DNA of 64,000 nucleotides from an uncultured Candidatus Rokubacteria bacterium (lineage in GTDB: Bacteria; Methylomirabilota; Methylomirabilia; Rokubacteriales; DASRDR01): positions 128,001-192,000 of the forward strand of contig CAWGVS010000006.1 in the NCBI GenBank assembly GCA_963826115.1. Direction: 5' to 3'. Positions 21,642 to 31,824 of this stretch are shown here, in pieces. Each line of letters opens with the position of its first letter. Positions within the stretch are counted from its first letter, which is position 1. The notes under the pieces were generated by a model. The model ran no database searches. It saw nothing but the letters and a program-made list of their open reading frames with translations, and was not told the origin of the DNA. Made by a program: the position numbers and the translations under genes.

Positions 21642-23000
21642 CTAGGCCGGGCGCAGGAAGCGCATCAGCAGCGTGGCCAGGCCCAGGAAGGAGAGGAAGC
21701 CCGAGCAGTCCGTGAAGGTCGTGACCACCACGCCGGTAGCCACGGCCGGGTCGACCCGGAGGCCCTTCAAGGCGACCGGCACCAGGGTGCCCGCCAGGGC
21801 GGCGACCAGCATGTTGGTGATCATCGCGACACCCAGGATCAACCCGAGAAGGGGGTCGCCCTTCCAGAAGTAGGCGATCAGCCCCGCGACCGTCCCGGCG
21901 CCGATGCCGTTGGCGAGGCCGATCATGGCCTCGCGGAGGAGCACCTTCCGGGTGTTGGCCAGAGTGAGGTCGCCCAGCGCCATCGCCCGGACGATGACGG
22001 TGAAGGTCTGGATGCCGGCGTTGCCTCCCATGCCCGCCACGATGGGCATGAAGACGGCCAGGGCCGCGAGGGTCTGGATCGACGGCTCGAAGAGGCCGAC
22101 GACGGTGGCGGCCAGGATCGCCGTCGGCAGGTTCACGAGGAGCCAGAAGAGTCGGCGCCGGACGACCTTGCCGGCGGGATCGAAGATCGTCTCGTCGGCG
22201 GAGACGCCGCCGAGACGGTGGATGTCCTCGGTGGCCTCCTCGTGGATGACGTCGATCACGTCGTCGATGGTGACCGTGCCCAGCAGGCGGTGGTTCCGGT
22301 CCACCACCGGCACCGCGAGGAGGTGGTGCCTGGTGACGAGGCGCGCGACCTCCTCCTGGTCGGTGTCGGCGGTGACACTCACGACCTCCGTCCGGCGGAT
22401 CGCGTGCACGGTCGTCGACGGGTCGGCGGTGATGAGACGCCGGAGCGGGACCAGGCCGACCAGGTGGTCGTGGTCGTCCACGACGTAGACGTAGAAGACG
22501 CCCTCGCGCGTCACGGACTTCCGCACGTGGTCGAGCGCCTGCCCGACCGTCATGTCCTCGTGAACGGCGATGAACTCGGGCGTCATGATGCCGCCCGCGG
22601 TGGACTCGCCGTACTGGAGGAGCTCCTGGATCTCCTCCGCCTCCGCCGGCGGCATCTCGTGGAGAATGCGCGACGCCTGCTCCTCGGGGAGGGTCTCGAC
22701 CACGTCGGCCGCCTCGTCGGGCGGCATCTGATCGAGGATGCGCGAGACCTCGCCCTGGTCCAGCGTCTCCATCAGCGCGAGCCGGCTCCCGTCGTCCATC
22801 TCGTAGAGGACCGTGCCGGCCGCTTCGCGTGGCAGCTGCCGGAGCACGATCACCTGGTCGGGGAGCTCCAGCTCCCGGAGCGCCCCGGCGAGATCGGCGG
22901 GGTGCGCTCCGGTGACCAGGCCGGCGAGGGAGTCCCGGTCGTCATCCCGGAGCCGCCGGCGGATCTCCTCGAGGAGATGGCCGGTGTCCTGGACCTCCAT
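21642..23000 (-). CDS. mgtE: Magnesium transporter MgtE
   Basis: MgtE-N, CBS pair (TAGGIMT), MPIVAGMGGNAGIQ, DPAVA...TTFTD. Confidence 0.96.
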   Translation of the reverse strand: MEVQDTGHLLEEIRRRLRDDDRDSLAGLVTGAHPADLAGALRELELPDQVIVLRQLPREAAGTVLYEMDDGSRLALMETLDQGEVSRILDQMPPDEAADVVETLPEEQASRILHEMPPAEAEEIQELLQYGESTAGGIMTPEFIAVHEDMTVGQALDHVRKSVTREGVFYVYVVDDHDHLVGLVPLRRLITADPSTTVHAIRRTEVVSVTADTDQEEVARLVTRHHLLAVPVVDRNHRLLGTVTIDDVIDVIHEEATEDIHRLGGVSADETIFDPAGKVVRRRLFWLLVNLPTAILAATVVGLFEPSIQTLAALAVFMPIVAGMGGNAGIQTFTVIVRAMALGDLTLANTRKVLLREAMIGLANGIGAGTVAGLIAYFWKGDPLLGLILGVAMITNMLVAALAGTLVPVALKGLRVDPAVATGVVVTTFTDCSGFLSFLGLATLLMRFLRPA

Positions 23001-23009
23001 CGGCCGCGT

Positions 23010-23291
23010 CTACGGCTGGAACTGGGGGGGGGCGCTCGGGGGCGGGGAGGCGGGTGCGCTGGTCCGCGCGGGCGGTCCCGGCCGGCGGGTCCACCGCACG
23101 AACCGGGCCGCGAGGCTGGCCAGCGCCGCGGCGAGGGCCCCGGTCGCCGCCGCCGCGATGGTCACGACGGCGACCGACGCCGAGAGCTGCCAGTGGAGGA
23201 AGCGGACCGTGACCGCGTCGGGGTTCTGGAACGCGAAGACGGCGACCGCGAGCAGGAGGATCGCGACAACCGCCAGCAGGGCCTGCATCAA
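23010..23291 (-). CDS. LapA/DUF1049 family membrane protein
   Basis: VFAFQNPDAVTVRFLHW, two TM segments. Confidence 0.8.
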   Translation of the reverse strand: MMQALLAVVAILLLAVAVFAFQNPDAVTVRFLHWQLSASVAVVTIAAAATGALAAALASLAARFVRWTRRPGPPARTSAPASPPPSAPPQFQP

Positions 23292-23921
23292 CTAGGAGCG
23301 GAAAAGATCCTGCGCGCCCGTCGTGCCGCGCTTGACCAGCTCGAGCTGGCCGTCCGGGAAGGCGCCCTTGACCACGCCAATCCCCGGCACCTGATCGGAC
23401 ACCCACACCGTGCCGTTCCGGTGCGGCGCCTTCACGGCGGTGAAGCGCCCCGCCGGCACGGTGACCTCTTCGGGAGTGCCCTGGAGGCCCGCCTGACGGA
23501 GCGGCCGGAGGCCGCCCTCCGTGGTGGAGATCACGCCCTTCTTGTCCTTGATGACGCTCTTGAGCGTCTTGCCGGAGGCGCGGTCCACGGTGACCTGGGT
23601 GACCGAGAGCGGCGCGCCGTCCACCGTGGGGCGGGTCACGATCTGGAGGACGTAGCTCTTCGCGTCGCCCCGGACGATCGAGAAGGTGACGAAGATCGGA
23701 CGGGGCCCCGTCGCCTCGCGATCGACCGACCAGGTCGCGGCCGCCCCCCCGGCCCCGGGCTGCTGCACGAGCACGGGGACGTCGACCTTGGCTGCGGATC
23801 GCCACTCGTAGGTGGCCCAGCCGCCGACTGCCGGGCCCTGCGCGGCCGCCTCGACGGCCACGCCGAGCACGAGGAGCGCGAGGAGGATTCCGCCGAGCGG
23901 ACCGAGCCCTGTGCGTCGCAT
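23292..23921 (-). CDS. Secreted hypothetical protein
   Basis: Signal peptide ending AAA-Q; EEVTVPAGRFTA...WVSDQVPGIGVVK motif; start overlaps the stop of the OmpA-domain gene. Confidence 0.75.
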   Translation of the reverse strand: MRRTGLGPLGGILLALLVLGVAVEAAAQGPAVGGWATYEWRSAAKVDVPVLVQQPGAGGAAATWSVDREATGPRPIFVTFSIVRGDAKSYVLQIVTRPTVDGAPLSVTQVTVDRASGKTLKSVIKDKKGVISTTEGGLRPLRQAGLQGTPEEVTVPAGRFTAVKAPHRNGTVWVSDQVPGIGVVKGAFPDGQLELVKRGTTGAQDLFRS

Positions 23922-25633
23922 CAGCGTCCCCTCACGAGGAAGTGCGCGCGCCGGTTGATGGCCCAGGCCAGCTCGTCGTGGCCGCCATCGACCGGCTGCT
24001 GCTCGCCGTAGGAAAGGGTGTCCACGCGGCTCGCGTCGATGCCAAGCGCGACGAGGTATGCCTTCGCCGCCTGAGCCCGCTGCTCGCCGAGCGCCATGTT
24101 GTACTCGACGGTCCCGCGCTCGTCCGCGTGCCCCTCGACCGTCACCGCGTACTGCGGGTTCGCCTTGAGCGCCTGGGCGAGCTCGTCGAGCGCGACCTTC
24201 GCGTCGTCGGTCAGCGTGTACTGGTCGAACTGGAAGTTGAGGTCCCGCAGCGCCGACCGGAGAGACGGCGGCAGCGCGGCCGGCGGGATGGCGGCCATCG
24301 CCCCGCCCGCACCGGGTCCGCCGGCGCCCGGCGCGCCCGCCCCACCCGCACCCGGCCCACCGGCCCCACCGGCTCCTGGACCACCCGCACCCGGCGCGCC
24401 TGCCCCGCCCGCACCGGGTCCACCGGCACCGGGCGCGCCTGCGCCGCCCGCACCGGGTCCACCGGCACCGGGTGCGCCTGCCCCGCCCGCGCCGGGTCCA
24501 CCCGCGCCTGGCGCGCCTGCCCCGCCCGCACCGGGTCCACCCGCGCCTGGCGCGCCTGCCCCGCCCGCACCGGGTCCACCGGCACCGGGTGTGCCCGCCC
24601 CACCCGCGCCGGGTCCACCCGCGCCTGGCGCGCCTGCGCCACCGGCGCCCGGAGCACCGGCGCCACCCGCGCCCGGCCCGGCCGTCGCCTTCGAGACGAA
24701 CGGCGAGCCCACGTTCATCTGGTAGCTGACGAGGGCGAACGCGCCCCAGTCCGGCGCGTCGTTCGTAAAGCCCTTCCGGCCGGCCAGGCTGATGATGAAG
24801 TTGCCGAACCGGAGGCGCACGCCGGCGTTCATGCCGGCGATCCAGTCGGAGTGCCGGTCCTGCTCCGTCCGCCAGTTGGTGTTCGCGGTGGCCTCGGTGA
24901 GGAGCGAGACGTGCGGCGTGATGACGTACTCGAGCCCGAGGCCCGACACGAACTGGTCCTGGACCTGCGCCGCGCCGCGGCCGTTGTACTGGTAGCCCGC
25001 GCTCGCGAACGCGCTGAGCGGCCCGACGATGGTCTTGCTGGCGGCGAGGGCCAGGCCCGCGCTCCACTCGTTGGTGCCCAGCCCTTCCTTGCGCTGGGCC
25101 GTCGGCGCCACCGCGTACCCGATGACGGACAGCGCCGGCCGCCACCCGCTCTCGTCGAGGAAGCGATAGCCGGCCCCGAAGCTCAGGTCGTCGGGACCGC
25201 TCCCGTCGAAGTCGGCCTTGTCCGAGTGGTACCAGGTGTACGGGGCCTGGAGCGAGAGCTGGAGCCGATCGGTCAGCGCGTAGCCCAGTGAGAGGAAGAG
25301 CGTGTTCTGGTCGAAGATGCCGTCTTCCTGCTGACACGTCGCGCGCTGGCCGAGGTAGCCAAGCCCGATCGACAGGTCGCCGCCGGGCAGCTGGTTCGCT
25401 CCGGGCACGACGAACCCGGCGGTGCCGTTGATCGGGATGTGCGGGATCGGATCGGCGAGAGGCTGCCCGCCGGGGAGCAGCGCCAGACCGCCGCGCGGGG
25501 CGGTGCCGCACGCGGAGAACGCCTGGACTGGTGCCGGCAGAAGGAGCAGCGCAAGGGCTGCGACCCCGAGAAGAGCCACCCACCCGCGGTGCGTTGTCAC
25601 GCTCGTCGTCCTCCGGTCGTGGACACGGACCAT
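23921..25633 (-). CDS. Outer-membrane protein: putative beta-barrel, Gly/Ala/Pro repeat linker, OmpA/Pal-like peptidoglycan-binding domain
   Basis: Signal peptide; amphipathic beta strands; C-terminal FQFDQYTL, VEGHADERGTVEYNMALGEQRA, LSYGEQQP, NRRAHF. Confidence 0.88.
   Translation of the reverse strand: MVRVHDRRTTSVTTHRGWVALLGVAALALLLLPAPVQAFSACGTAPRGGLALLPGGQPLADPIPHIPINGTAGFVVPGANQLPGGDLSIGLGYLGQRATCQQEDGIFDQNTLFLSLGYALTDRLQLSLQAPYTWYHSDKADFDGSGPDDLSFGAGYRFLDESGWRPALSVIGYAVAPTAQRKEGLGTNEWSAGLALAASKTIVGPLSAFASAGYQYNGRGAAQVQDQFVSGLGLEYVITPHVSLLTEATANTNWRTEQDRHSDWIAGMNAGVRLRFGNFIISLAGRKGFTNDAPDWGAFALVSYQMNVGSPFVSKATAGPGAGGAGAPGAGGAGAPGAGGPGAGGAGTPGAGGPGAGGAGAPGAGGPGAGGAGAPGAGGPGAGGAGAPGAGGPGAGGAGAPGAGGPGAGGAGAPGAGGPGAGGAGGPGAGGAGAPGAGGPGAGGAMAAIPPAALPPSLRSALRDLNFQFDQYTLTDDAKVALDELAQALKANPQYAVTVEGHADERGTVEYNMALGEQRAQAAKAYLVALGIDASRVDTLSYGEQQPVDGGHDELAWAINRRAHFLVRGR
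24302..24679 (-). repeat. Coding tandem repeat, about 39-bp unit (GAGGPGAGGAGAP)n
   Basis: About 7 full 13-aa units plus partial units; only G/A/P apart from one T. Confidence 0.95.
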
Positions 25634-25733
25634 CTACGGTTCACGCCGACCCGAGGCCCCGAGGCCACCGGAGGCCCCGCTCAGACGCCTCGAGTCAGCA
25701 TAGCACCGGAGGCGCGGCGGACGGTAGCCTCGG

Positions 25734-27140
25734 TCAGGAGGCCGAGGCGCCGCCGTCGAGGGCGTGGACGAAGCGGCTGACGATGGCGCGGCGCATGGCC
25801 GGAGCGTCCAGCGGCCCGACCCGCTCGGCCCAGGCGCTCGCGGGGATCACGGCCTTCGCGGCCGTGCGGTGGCCGCCCGCGGAGCCGAGCTCGCCGAAGG
25901 CGGCCTGGACGACATCGCCGGCGGCCCGCACGTACCCCACGTTGCGGACGGAGACGTGGACCTCGTCGCCCGTCAGCCCGGAGACGACCGACCACTCGAT
26001 GCCCTTCACCTGGAGGCAGAGGTCGGCGAACTGCGGGATCAGGTCGGGGCGGCTCACGCGACCGAGGTGCGCGAAGAGCGCGTTCTCGATGATGGTGCGG
26101 TGCACCAGGGCGTCGCCCAGCGCGTCCAGCGCGTCCAGCGGGAGCTCGGGTCGCTCGATGCGGCGCAGGATGTTGTGATTGGCGAGCCCGTAGAGGTGCG
26201 CGAAGGCCTCCATGTCCGCCCGCGTGCCGCCGCGCTCGAGGTGGAGCGTGTCGGTCTTGATGCCGTAGAAGAGCGCGGTCGCCACGCGCTCCGTGATCTT
26301 CACCTCGGCGGCGCGGAGGTACTCGGTCATGATCGTCGACGTGGCGCCGTACGTCGGGCGCACGTCCCGGAAGGGCGCGCGCCAGCCCTTCGCCTCCGGG
26401 TGGTGGTCGATGACGACCGCGACCTGGGGGAGCGCCTCCTCGCAGAATGCCGGCTGGAGGTCGACCATCGCGAGCGCGTCGTAGGCGCGCAGGCCCTGCG
26501 GGGTAACCTGGTCGACCTCGATCTCGAGCGCCTCCACCATCGCCAGGTTCTCGGGCCGCGTGATCCGGCCGAAGGACAGGAGCGGCGCCGTGGCCCGCGT
26601 GCGTCCGATCAGCGCGCGGAGTGCCAGACCGGACGCCATCGCGTCTGGATCCGGGTCGTCCTGGAGCATGATGCCAACGCGGTCCTTGCCGGCCAGGAGC
26701 CGCCGGATGTGCTCGATGCGGACCCGGAGGAGCGCGCGGTCCATCTCCGGGCGCAGGACGTCCCGCACCAGGCGCCCCAGCATCACCGTGCTCACGTTCG
26801 GGTGGTGCGGCAGGGACGGCGAGCGCGCGCCCTGGTGGACGACGAGCACCGGCACCTCGGGCGCCACCTCGAGCACCGTCTCGAGGATGCGAGCGAGGCT
26901 CGGGCCCCGTCGGGGGCGCTCCGGCGCCATCAGCATGACCAGGTCGCCGGACGAAAGATGGGCGCGCCGGTAGAGGGCCGGGTCGTCGAGCGGGCCGGCG
27001 AGCGCGCTGACGTCCTGGCGGCTCAGCCCGGTGCGCGTCTTGCCGTCGCTCACCAGGAACAGCCAGGAGTCCGAGTTACAGGGGGTTCCCTGGAAGAGAC
27101 GGAAGAGAAAATCGGTCGGACACACGACGACACGCCGCAT
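25734..27140 (-). CDS. DHH/DHHA1 family phosphoesterase with N-terminal extension
   Basis: DDPDPDAMASG, MVD, IDHH, GIKTDT, SAGGHR. Confidence 0.9.
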   Translation of the reverse strand: MRRVVVCPTDFLFRLFQGTPCNSDSWLFLVSDGKTRTGLSRQDVSALAGPLDDPALYRRAHLSSGDLVMLMAPERPRRGPSLARILETVLEVAPEVPVLVVHQGARSPSLPHHPNVSTVMLGRLVRDVLRPEMDRALLRVRIEHIRRLLAGKDRVGIMLQDDPDPDAMASGLALRALIGRTRATAPLLSFGRITRPENLAMVEALEIEVDQVTPQGLRAYDALAMVDLQPAFCEEALPQVAVVIDHHPEAKGWRAPFRDVRPTYGATSTIMTEYLRAAEVKITERVATALFYGIKTDTLHLERGGTRADMEAFAHLYGLANHNILRRIERPELPLDALDALGDALVHRTIIENALFAHLGRVSRPDLIPQFADLCLQVKGIEWSVVSGLTGDEVHVSVRNVGYVRAAGDVVQAAFGELGSAGGHRTAAKAVIPASAWAERVGPLDAPAMRRAIVSRFVHALDGGASAS

Positions 27141-27180
27141 GGGCGGACCTTAGTCTACACCCCTCGCCCGGGCTGACCGA

Positions 27181-28383
27181 TCAGGCGCCGTACTTGGTCA
27201 GGCGCAGGGCGTGGGCCAGGATGAGCGGCATGAGGTCGTGGGCCGGCAGGGTCCCGAGGCTTCCCGCCCCGCAGGCCCGTTCGGAGAAGCGCTCCACGGC
27301 GTCGGGAAATGCGTACTGACCGGCCAGGGTCACGGGCACCGGGTGCCAGGAGTGGCCGCGGAGGACCGCCGGGCTCGCGTGGTCTCCGCTGACGACCAGG
27401 ACGTCCGGGCGGAGCGCCTCGATCGCCGGGATCGCGGCGTCGAGTCGCTCCAGCGCCGCCACCTTGCCGGCGAAGTCCCCGTCCTCGCCGGCCTTGTCCG
27501 TGTCCTTGTAGTGGAGGAACACGAAGTCGTACGCGTCCCAGTGGTCCCGGAGGGTCTGCACCTCGTCCGCGAAGGCGGCGCCCGTCTTGAGGACGTCCAT
27601 GCCGACCAGGCGCGCGAGGCCGCGGTACATCGGGTACGCGGCGATGGCGGCCGCCCGGAGGCCGTACACCTCCGGGAAGCGCGGCAGGGCCGGCCGTTGA
27701 TCGAAGCCGCGGAGGAGCAGCATGTTCGCCGGAGCCGCGTCGGCGAGCAGCGGGCGCGCCTCCTGGACGAAGCGGTTGACGGCGTCGGCAGTGGCCTGGG
27801 CTTCCGGGGCCAGCGCGTGGACGGGCAGGGGCGGCTGGCCGGTGGTCTGGGGGTCCGTCTCGGAGAGTCGGCCGGACAGCCTGGGCCCGCGGAGCACCAG
27901 GACGAACCGGTGCTCCTTGACCGGCTCGACGAGGAGCTCGACCCCCGGCACGCGGATCCGGCGGAGCCGGTCGACCAGGGCCGCGCACCGCTCGGTCGAG
28001 ATCCGGCCGGCTCGGCGGTCGGTGATGCGGCCGGCGGCATCGACGGTGCAGAAGTTCCCCCGCGCGGCCACGTCGCCGGCCCGGAGATCGAAATCGATCC
28101 CGAGGGCCTCCAGGACACCGCGCCCCACCGGATAGCGGAGCGGCTCGTAGCCGAACAGGCCGAGATGCCCGGGGCCGCTGCCCGGGGTGATGCCGGGCGC
28201 GACGTGGCGGAGGAGGCCGCACGCACCCCGTCGCGCCAGCGCGTCCAGGTGCGGGATCCGGGCGGTCTCCAGCTCGGACAGCTCCGTGGCCGGGTCGGGA
28301 AAGCCGCCCAGCCCGTCCGCCGAGAGGAGCACGATCTTGGTCGTGCCCGGCACGACCAAGCTGTGAATCAGATCCAGGTCCAT
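27181..28383 (-). CDS. apgM: 2,3-BPG-independent phosphoglycerate mutase (ApgM type)
   Basis: [56 protein letters not shown]. Confidence 0.93.
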   Translation of the reverse strand: MDLDLIHSLVVPGTTKIVLLSADGLGGFPDPATELSELETARIPHLDALARRGACGLLRHVAPGITPGSGPGHLGLFGYEPLRYPVGRGVLEALGIDFDLRAGDVAARGNFCTVDAAGRITDRRAGRISTERCAALVDRLRRIRVPGVELLVEPVKEHRFVLVLRGPRLSGRLSETDPQTTGQPPLPVHALAPEAQATADAVNRFVQEARPLLADAAPANMLLLRGFDQRPALPRFPEVYGLRAAAIAAYPMYRGLARLVGMDVLKTGAAFADEVQTLRDHWDAYDFVFLHYKDTDKAGEDGDFAGKVAALERLDAAIPAIEALRPDVLVVSGDHASPAVLRGHSWHPVPVTLAGQYAFPDAVERFSERACGAGSLGTLPAHDLMPLILAHALRLTKYGA

Positions 28384-28552
28384 CGAACGGGGCCTCCTGC
28401 GGCTGCAGAGTCTAGCACGTCGGCGGGGGGCCGGCCGAACACTCGGCGCCCCACCCCCACCCCGGCGGGTCGGGGATCGGGTAGAATCCCCCCCGGGCGG
28501 GCGGCCCGCCCAGGCGGCCCGGACCCTACCTCTCGACGACGCGAGGAGCGCG

Positions 28553-30505
28553 ATGCGGAAAGCCACGCCAGGCAGCGAGCCCATCCAGGCCCTCCTGAAG
28601 GAGGGACGGAAGTTCCCGCCGCCGAAGTCCTTCACGAAGGCGGCGCGCGTGAAGAGCGCGCGGATCTACGCCGAGGCGCGCCGGAACCCCCTGCGGTTCT
28701 GGGAGCAGCAGGCGCGGCAGCTGCGGTGGCTCAAGCCCTGGCGGAAGACCCTCGAGTGGAAGCTGCCCTACGCCAAGTGGTTCATCGGCGGGAAGCTCAA
28801 CGTCTCGGACAACTGCCTGGACCGCCACGTCGAGGGCCCGCGGCGCAACAAGGCCGCGATCATCTGGGAAGGGGAGCCGGGCGACAGCCGCGTCCTGACC
28901 TACCGGGACCTCTGGCGCGAGGTCAACCGCTTCGCCGCCGCCCTCCGACGCCACGGCGTCAAGAAGGGCGACACCGTCACGATCTACATGCCGATGATCC
29001 CGGAGCTGCCGATCGCGATGCTGGCGTGCGCGCGCATCGGGGCGCCGCACAGCGTCGTGTTCGGCGGGTTCGCGCCCGAGTCGCTCCGCGACCGGATCAA
29101 CGACTGCAAGGCGAAGGTCGTGATCACCGCCGACGGCGGCTATCGCCGGGGCGGCATGGTCCCGCTCAAGAAGAACACCGACGACGCGCTGAAGGAGTGC
29201 CCCCAGGTCCACACGGTCATCGTGTACAAGCGGACCGGCCAGGAGATCGGCTGGCAAGCCGACCGCGACATCTGGTGGGACGACTTCGTGAAGGGCGCCG
29301 ACGCCTACACGAAGCCCGAGCCGATGGACTCCGAGGACATGCTCTACCTCCTCTACACCTCCGGGTCCACCGGCAAGCCCAAGGGGATCATCCACACCAC
29401 CGGCGGCTACCTCACCGGCGTGTCGGCGACGCACCGCATGATCTTCGACCTCCGCGAGGAGGACGTGTACTGGTGCACCGCCGACATCGGGTGGGTCACG
29501 GGCCACTCGTACATCGTCTACGGGCCGCTGGCCAACGGGGCCACCTCGGTCATGTACGAGGGCACGCCGGACTGGCCGGACAAGGACCGGTTCTGGCGCA
29601 TCATCGAGAAGTACGGCGTGACCATCCTCTACACGGCGCCGACGGCCATCCGCACGTTCGTCCGCTGGGGCGACGAGTACCCGAAGCGCTGCGACCTGTC
29701 GTCGCTCCGGCTCCTCGGCACCGTGGGCGAGCCGATCAACCCCGAGGCGTGGGTCTGGTACTGGAAGGTCATCGGCGGCGGGCGCTGCCCGATCGTGGAC
29801 ACCTGGTGGCAGACCGAGACCGGGCACATCCTCATCTCGCCCTTGCCGGGGGTGACGGTCTGCAAGCCGGGGTCGGCGACGATCCCGTTCCCGGGCATCG
29901 ACGCCGAGGTCGTGAACGACAAGGGCGAGACGGCCCAGGCCGGCTACCTCGTGATCCGGCGCCCGTGGCCCGGGATGCTCCGCGGCATCTACGGCGACCC
30001 CGAGCGCTACCAGCGCCAGTACTGGAGCCAGATCCCCGGCGTGTACTTCACCGGCGACGGCTGCAAGCGGGACAAGGACGGCTACCTCTGGCTCCTCGGC
30101 CGGATCGACGACGTCATGAACGTCTCCGGGCACCGCGTTTCGACGATGGAGGTCGAGTCGGCGCTGGTCGATCACCCGGCGGTCGCCGAGGCGGCGGTCA
30201 TCGGGCGGCCCCACGAGATCAAGGGCCAGGCGATCGCGGCGTTCGTGACGATCAAGCACGGTGTCCTGATGGCGGACACCCTCAAGGACGAGATCAAGCA
30301 GCACGTCGCCAAGAAGATCGGCGCCCTGGCGCGCCCCGACGACATCATCTACGCGGCGGAGCTGCCCAAGACCCGGAGCGGCAAGATCATGCGCCGGCTC
30401 CTCCGGGACGTGGCCGAGGGCCGCGCGCTCGGCGACACCACGACGCTCGCCGACCCCGCGGTGGTCGCCACGCTCAAGCACCAGTACGAGGACCGCGAGG
30501 GCTAG
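28553..30505 (+). CDS. acs: Acetate-CoA ligase
   Basis: [46 protein letters not shown]. Confidence 0.97.
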   Translation: MRKATPGSEPIQALLKEGRKFPPPKSFTKAARVKSARIYAEARRNPLRFWEQQARQLRWLKPWRKTLEWKLPYAKWFIGGKLNVSDNCLDRHVEGPRRNKAAIIWEGEPGDSRVLTYRDLWREVNRFAAALRRHGVKKGDTVTIYMPMIPELPIAMLACARIGAPHSVVFGGFAPESLRDRINDCKAKVVITADGGYRRGGMVPLKKNTDDALKECPQVHTVIVYKRTGQEIGWQADRDIWWDDFVKGADAYTKPEPMDSEDMLYLLYTSGSTGKPKGIIHTTGGYLTGVSATHRMIFDLREEDVYWCTADIGWVTGHSYIVYGPLANGATSVMYEGTPDWPDKDRFWRIIEKYGVTILYTAPTAIRTFVRWGDEYPKRCDLSSLRLLGTVGEPINPEAWVWYWKVIGGGRCPIVDTWWQTETGHILISPLPGVTVCKPGSATIPFPGIDAEVVNDKGETAQAGYLVIRRPWPGMLRGIYGDPERYQRQYWSQIPGVYFTGDGCKRDKDGYLWLLGRIDDVMNVSGHRVSTMEVESALVDHPAVAEAAVIGRPHEIKGQAIAAFVTIKHGVLMADTLKDEIKQHVAKKIGALARPDDIIYAAELPKTRSGKIMRRLLRDVAEGRALGDTTTLADPAVVATLKHQYEDREG

Positions 30506-30508
30506 ACC

Positions 30509-31702
30509 CTAGCGGCGGCCGCCGGCGAGCTTCGCGCTCTCGGGCAGCCGGCGGAGCCGTGCCATCGCGAGCGTGCCCAGGAAGGGGCCGGGGGCCAGGA
30601 ACGCGAAGGCCCACGGCCACCCCCATGCGTCCGCCGCGTGTGGCACGAGCCAGGTCGAGACCAGGGTGAGCAGGAACCCGAGGCTCGTCTGGAGGGACAG
30701 CGCGGTCCCCACGTAGGCCGCCGGCGCGAGCTCGGTGATCGACGCCGAGAACTGGGCCGAGTCGGCGACGACGGTGAAGCCCCAGAGGAGCGCCACCCCG
30801 ACCAGCCACGCGGGGCGGTCGAACGCGAACCCGATCACGGCTGCGCACGTCCCGCTCCCCACCATCGCCAGCATCGTCACGGCGGTGCGGCCGACGCGGT
30901 CGGCGAGGCGGCCCGCCAGCGCGCAGCTCGCCGCGCCCGCGCCGATCACGACGGCGGTGGCGAGGGCGCCGAGTCGCGGCGCGGCCGGCAGCCCGGCCCG
31001 CGTGAACGCCGTCAGGAGGTAGAGGCCGATCCAGGTCCACATGGCGTAGAGCTCCCACATGTGGCCGAAATACCCGAGGCTCGCCAGCACGACGCCGCGG
31101 GAGCGCATGAGCTCCCGCACGCAGCCGGGGTTGAAGGGCGCCCGGGCCTGGACGTGGGGGCCGTCCTTCACGAGCGCCGCCATGACGACGGCCGCGCCGA
31201 GCGCGCCGAGCGACGTCCCGAGAATGACCGGTTGCCAGGCGAGCCCGCCCGCGACGTTGATCAGGTGCGGGACGGCGCCGCCGAGGGTGAGCGCGCCCAC
31301 GAGGCTGCCGACGGCGAAGCCGCGGTCCGCCACGAACCAGCTCGCGGCGAGCTTCATCGCCGGCGGGTACGTGCCCGCCATCGCGAGCCCCGTGAGGAAC
31401 CGGCAGGTCAGGACGAGGGGCAGGGAGTCGATCACGCCCAGCAGCGCCGCGTTGGCCAGCGCGCCGCCGATCGCTGACAGCACGAAGAGCCGCCGGGCGC
31501 CGACGAAGTCGGAGAGGGTGAGGACGGCGCTGAGGATGGTGCCCGCGACGAACCCGAGCGTCACCGCCATCGAGAGCCAGGCCTGCGCGCCGGTCGACAT
31601 CCAGGCGGTACGGAGGGTGGGGACGACGGCAGTGGCGGAGAACCACAGGGAGAGCGCGCCGAGCTCCGCGAGGCAGATCCAGGCGAGCATCCGCCACCGC
31701 AT
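30509..31702 (-). CDS. MFS transporter
   Basis: About 12 TM helices, GRLADRVGRT motif A, GYFGHMWELYAMW. Confidence 0.92.
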   Translation of the reverse strand: MRWRMLAWICLAELGALSLWFSATAVVPTLRTAWMSTGAQAWLSMAVTLGFVAGTILSAVLTLSDFVGARRLFVLSAIGGALANAALLGVIDSLPLVLTCRFLTGLAMAGTYPPAMKLAASWFVADRGFAVGSLVGALTLGGAVPHLINVAGGLAWQPVILGTSLGALGAAVVMAALVKDGPHVQARAPFNPGCVRELMRSRGVVLASLGYFGHMWELYAMWTWIGLYLLTAFTRAGLPAAPRLGALATAVVIGAGAASCALAGRLADRVGRTAVTMLAMVGSGTCAAVIGFAFDRPAWLVGVALLWGFTVVADSAQFSASITELAPAAYVGTALSLQTSLGFLLTLVSTWLVPHAADAWGWPWAFAFLAPGPFLGTLAMARLRRLPESAKLAGGRR

Positions 31703-31708
31703 GGGCGG

Positions 31709-31738
31709 ACTCTAGGGAGGTGGTCGACCGCCTGTCAA
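31709..31738 (-). promoter_or_regulatory. Sigma70 promoter of the MFS gene (likely leaderless transcript)
   Basis: TTGACA-18 nt-TAGAGT-6 nt-ATG. Confidence 0.55.
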
Positions 31739-31824
31739 GGCGCCGCACGGGCGCGGCTCGGGCGGAACGGATAGAATCGGAGGGCGGCAGGCCGCCCCGA
31801 GAACCGCGGACCGGAGAGGTGACG

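Noticed and set aside
24302-24679. Repeat array as a CRISPR or other non-coding repeat
   Set aside because: No unique spacers and no cas genes; variation is at synonymous positions inside an ORF.
23942-24725. Plus-strand Pro-rich (PPAPGAPAPPAPG) ORF
   Set aside because: Antisense shadow of the OmpA-domain gene repeat.
27211-30669. Very long alternative ORFs (e.g. 1152, 907, 835, 802 and 787 aa in the ORF track)
   Set aside because: Antisense or off-frame shadows of well-supported genes, expected at this GC content.
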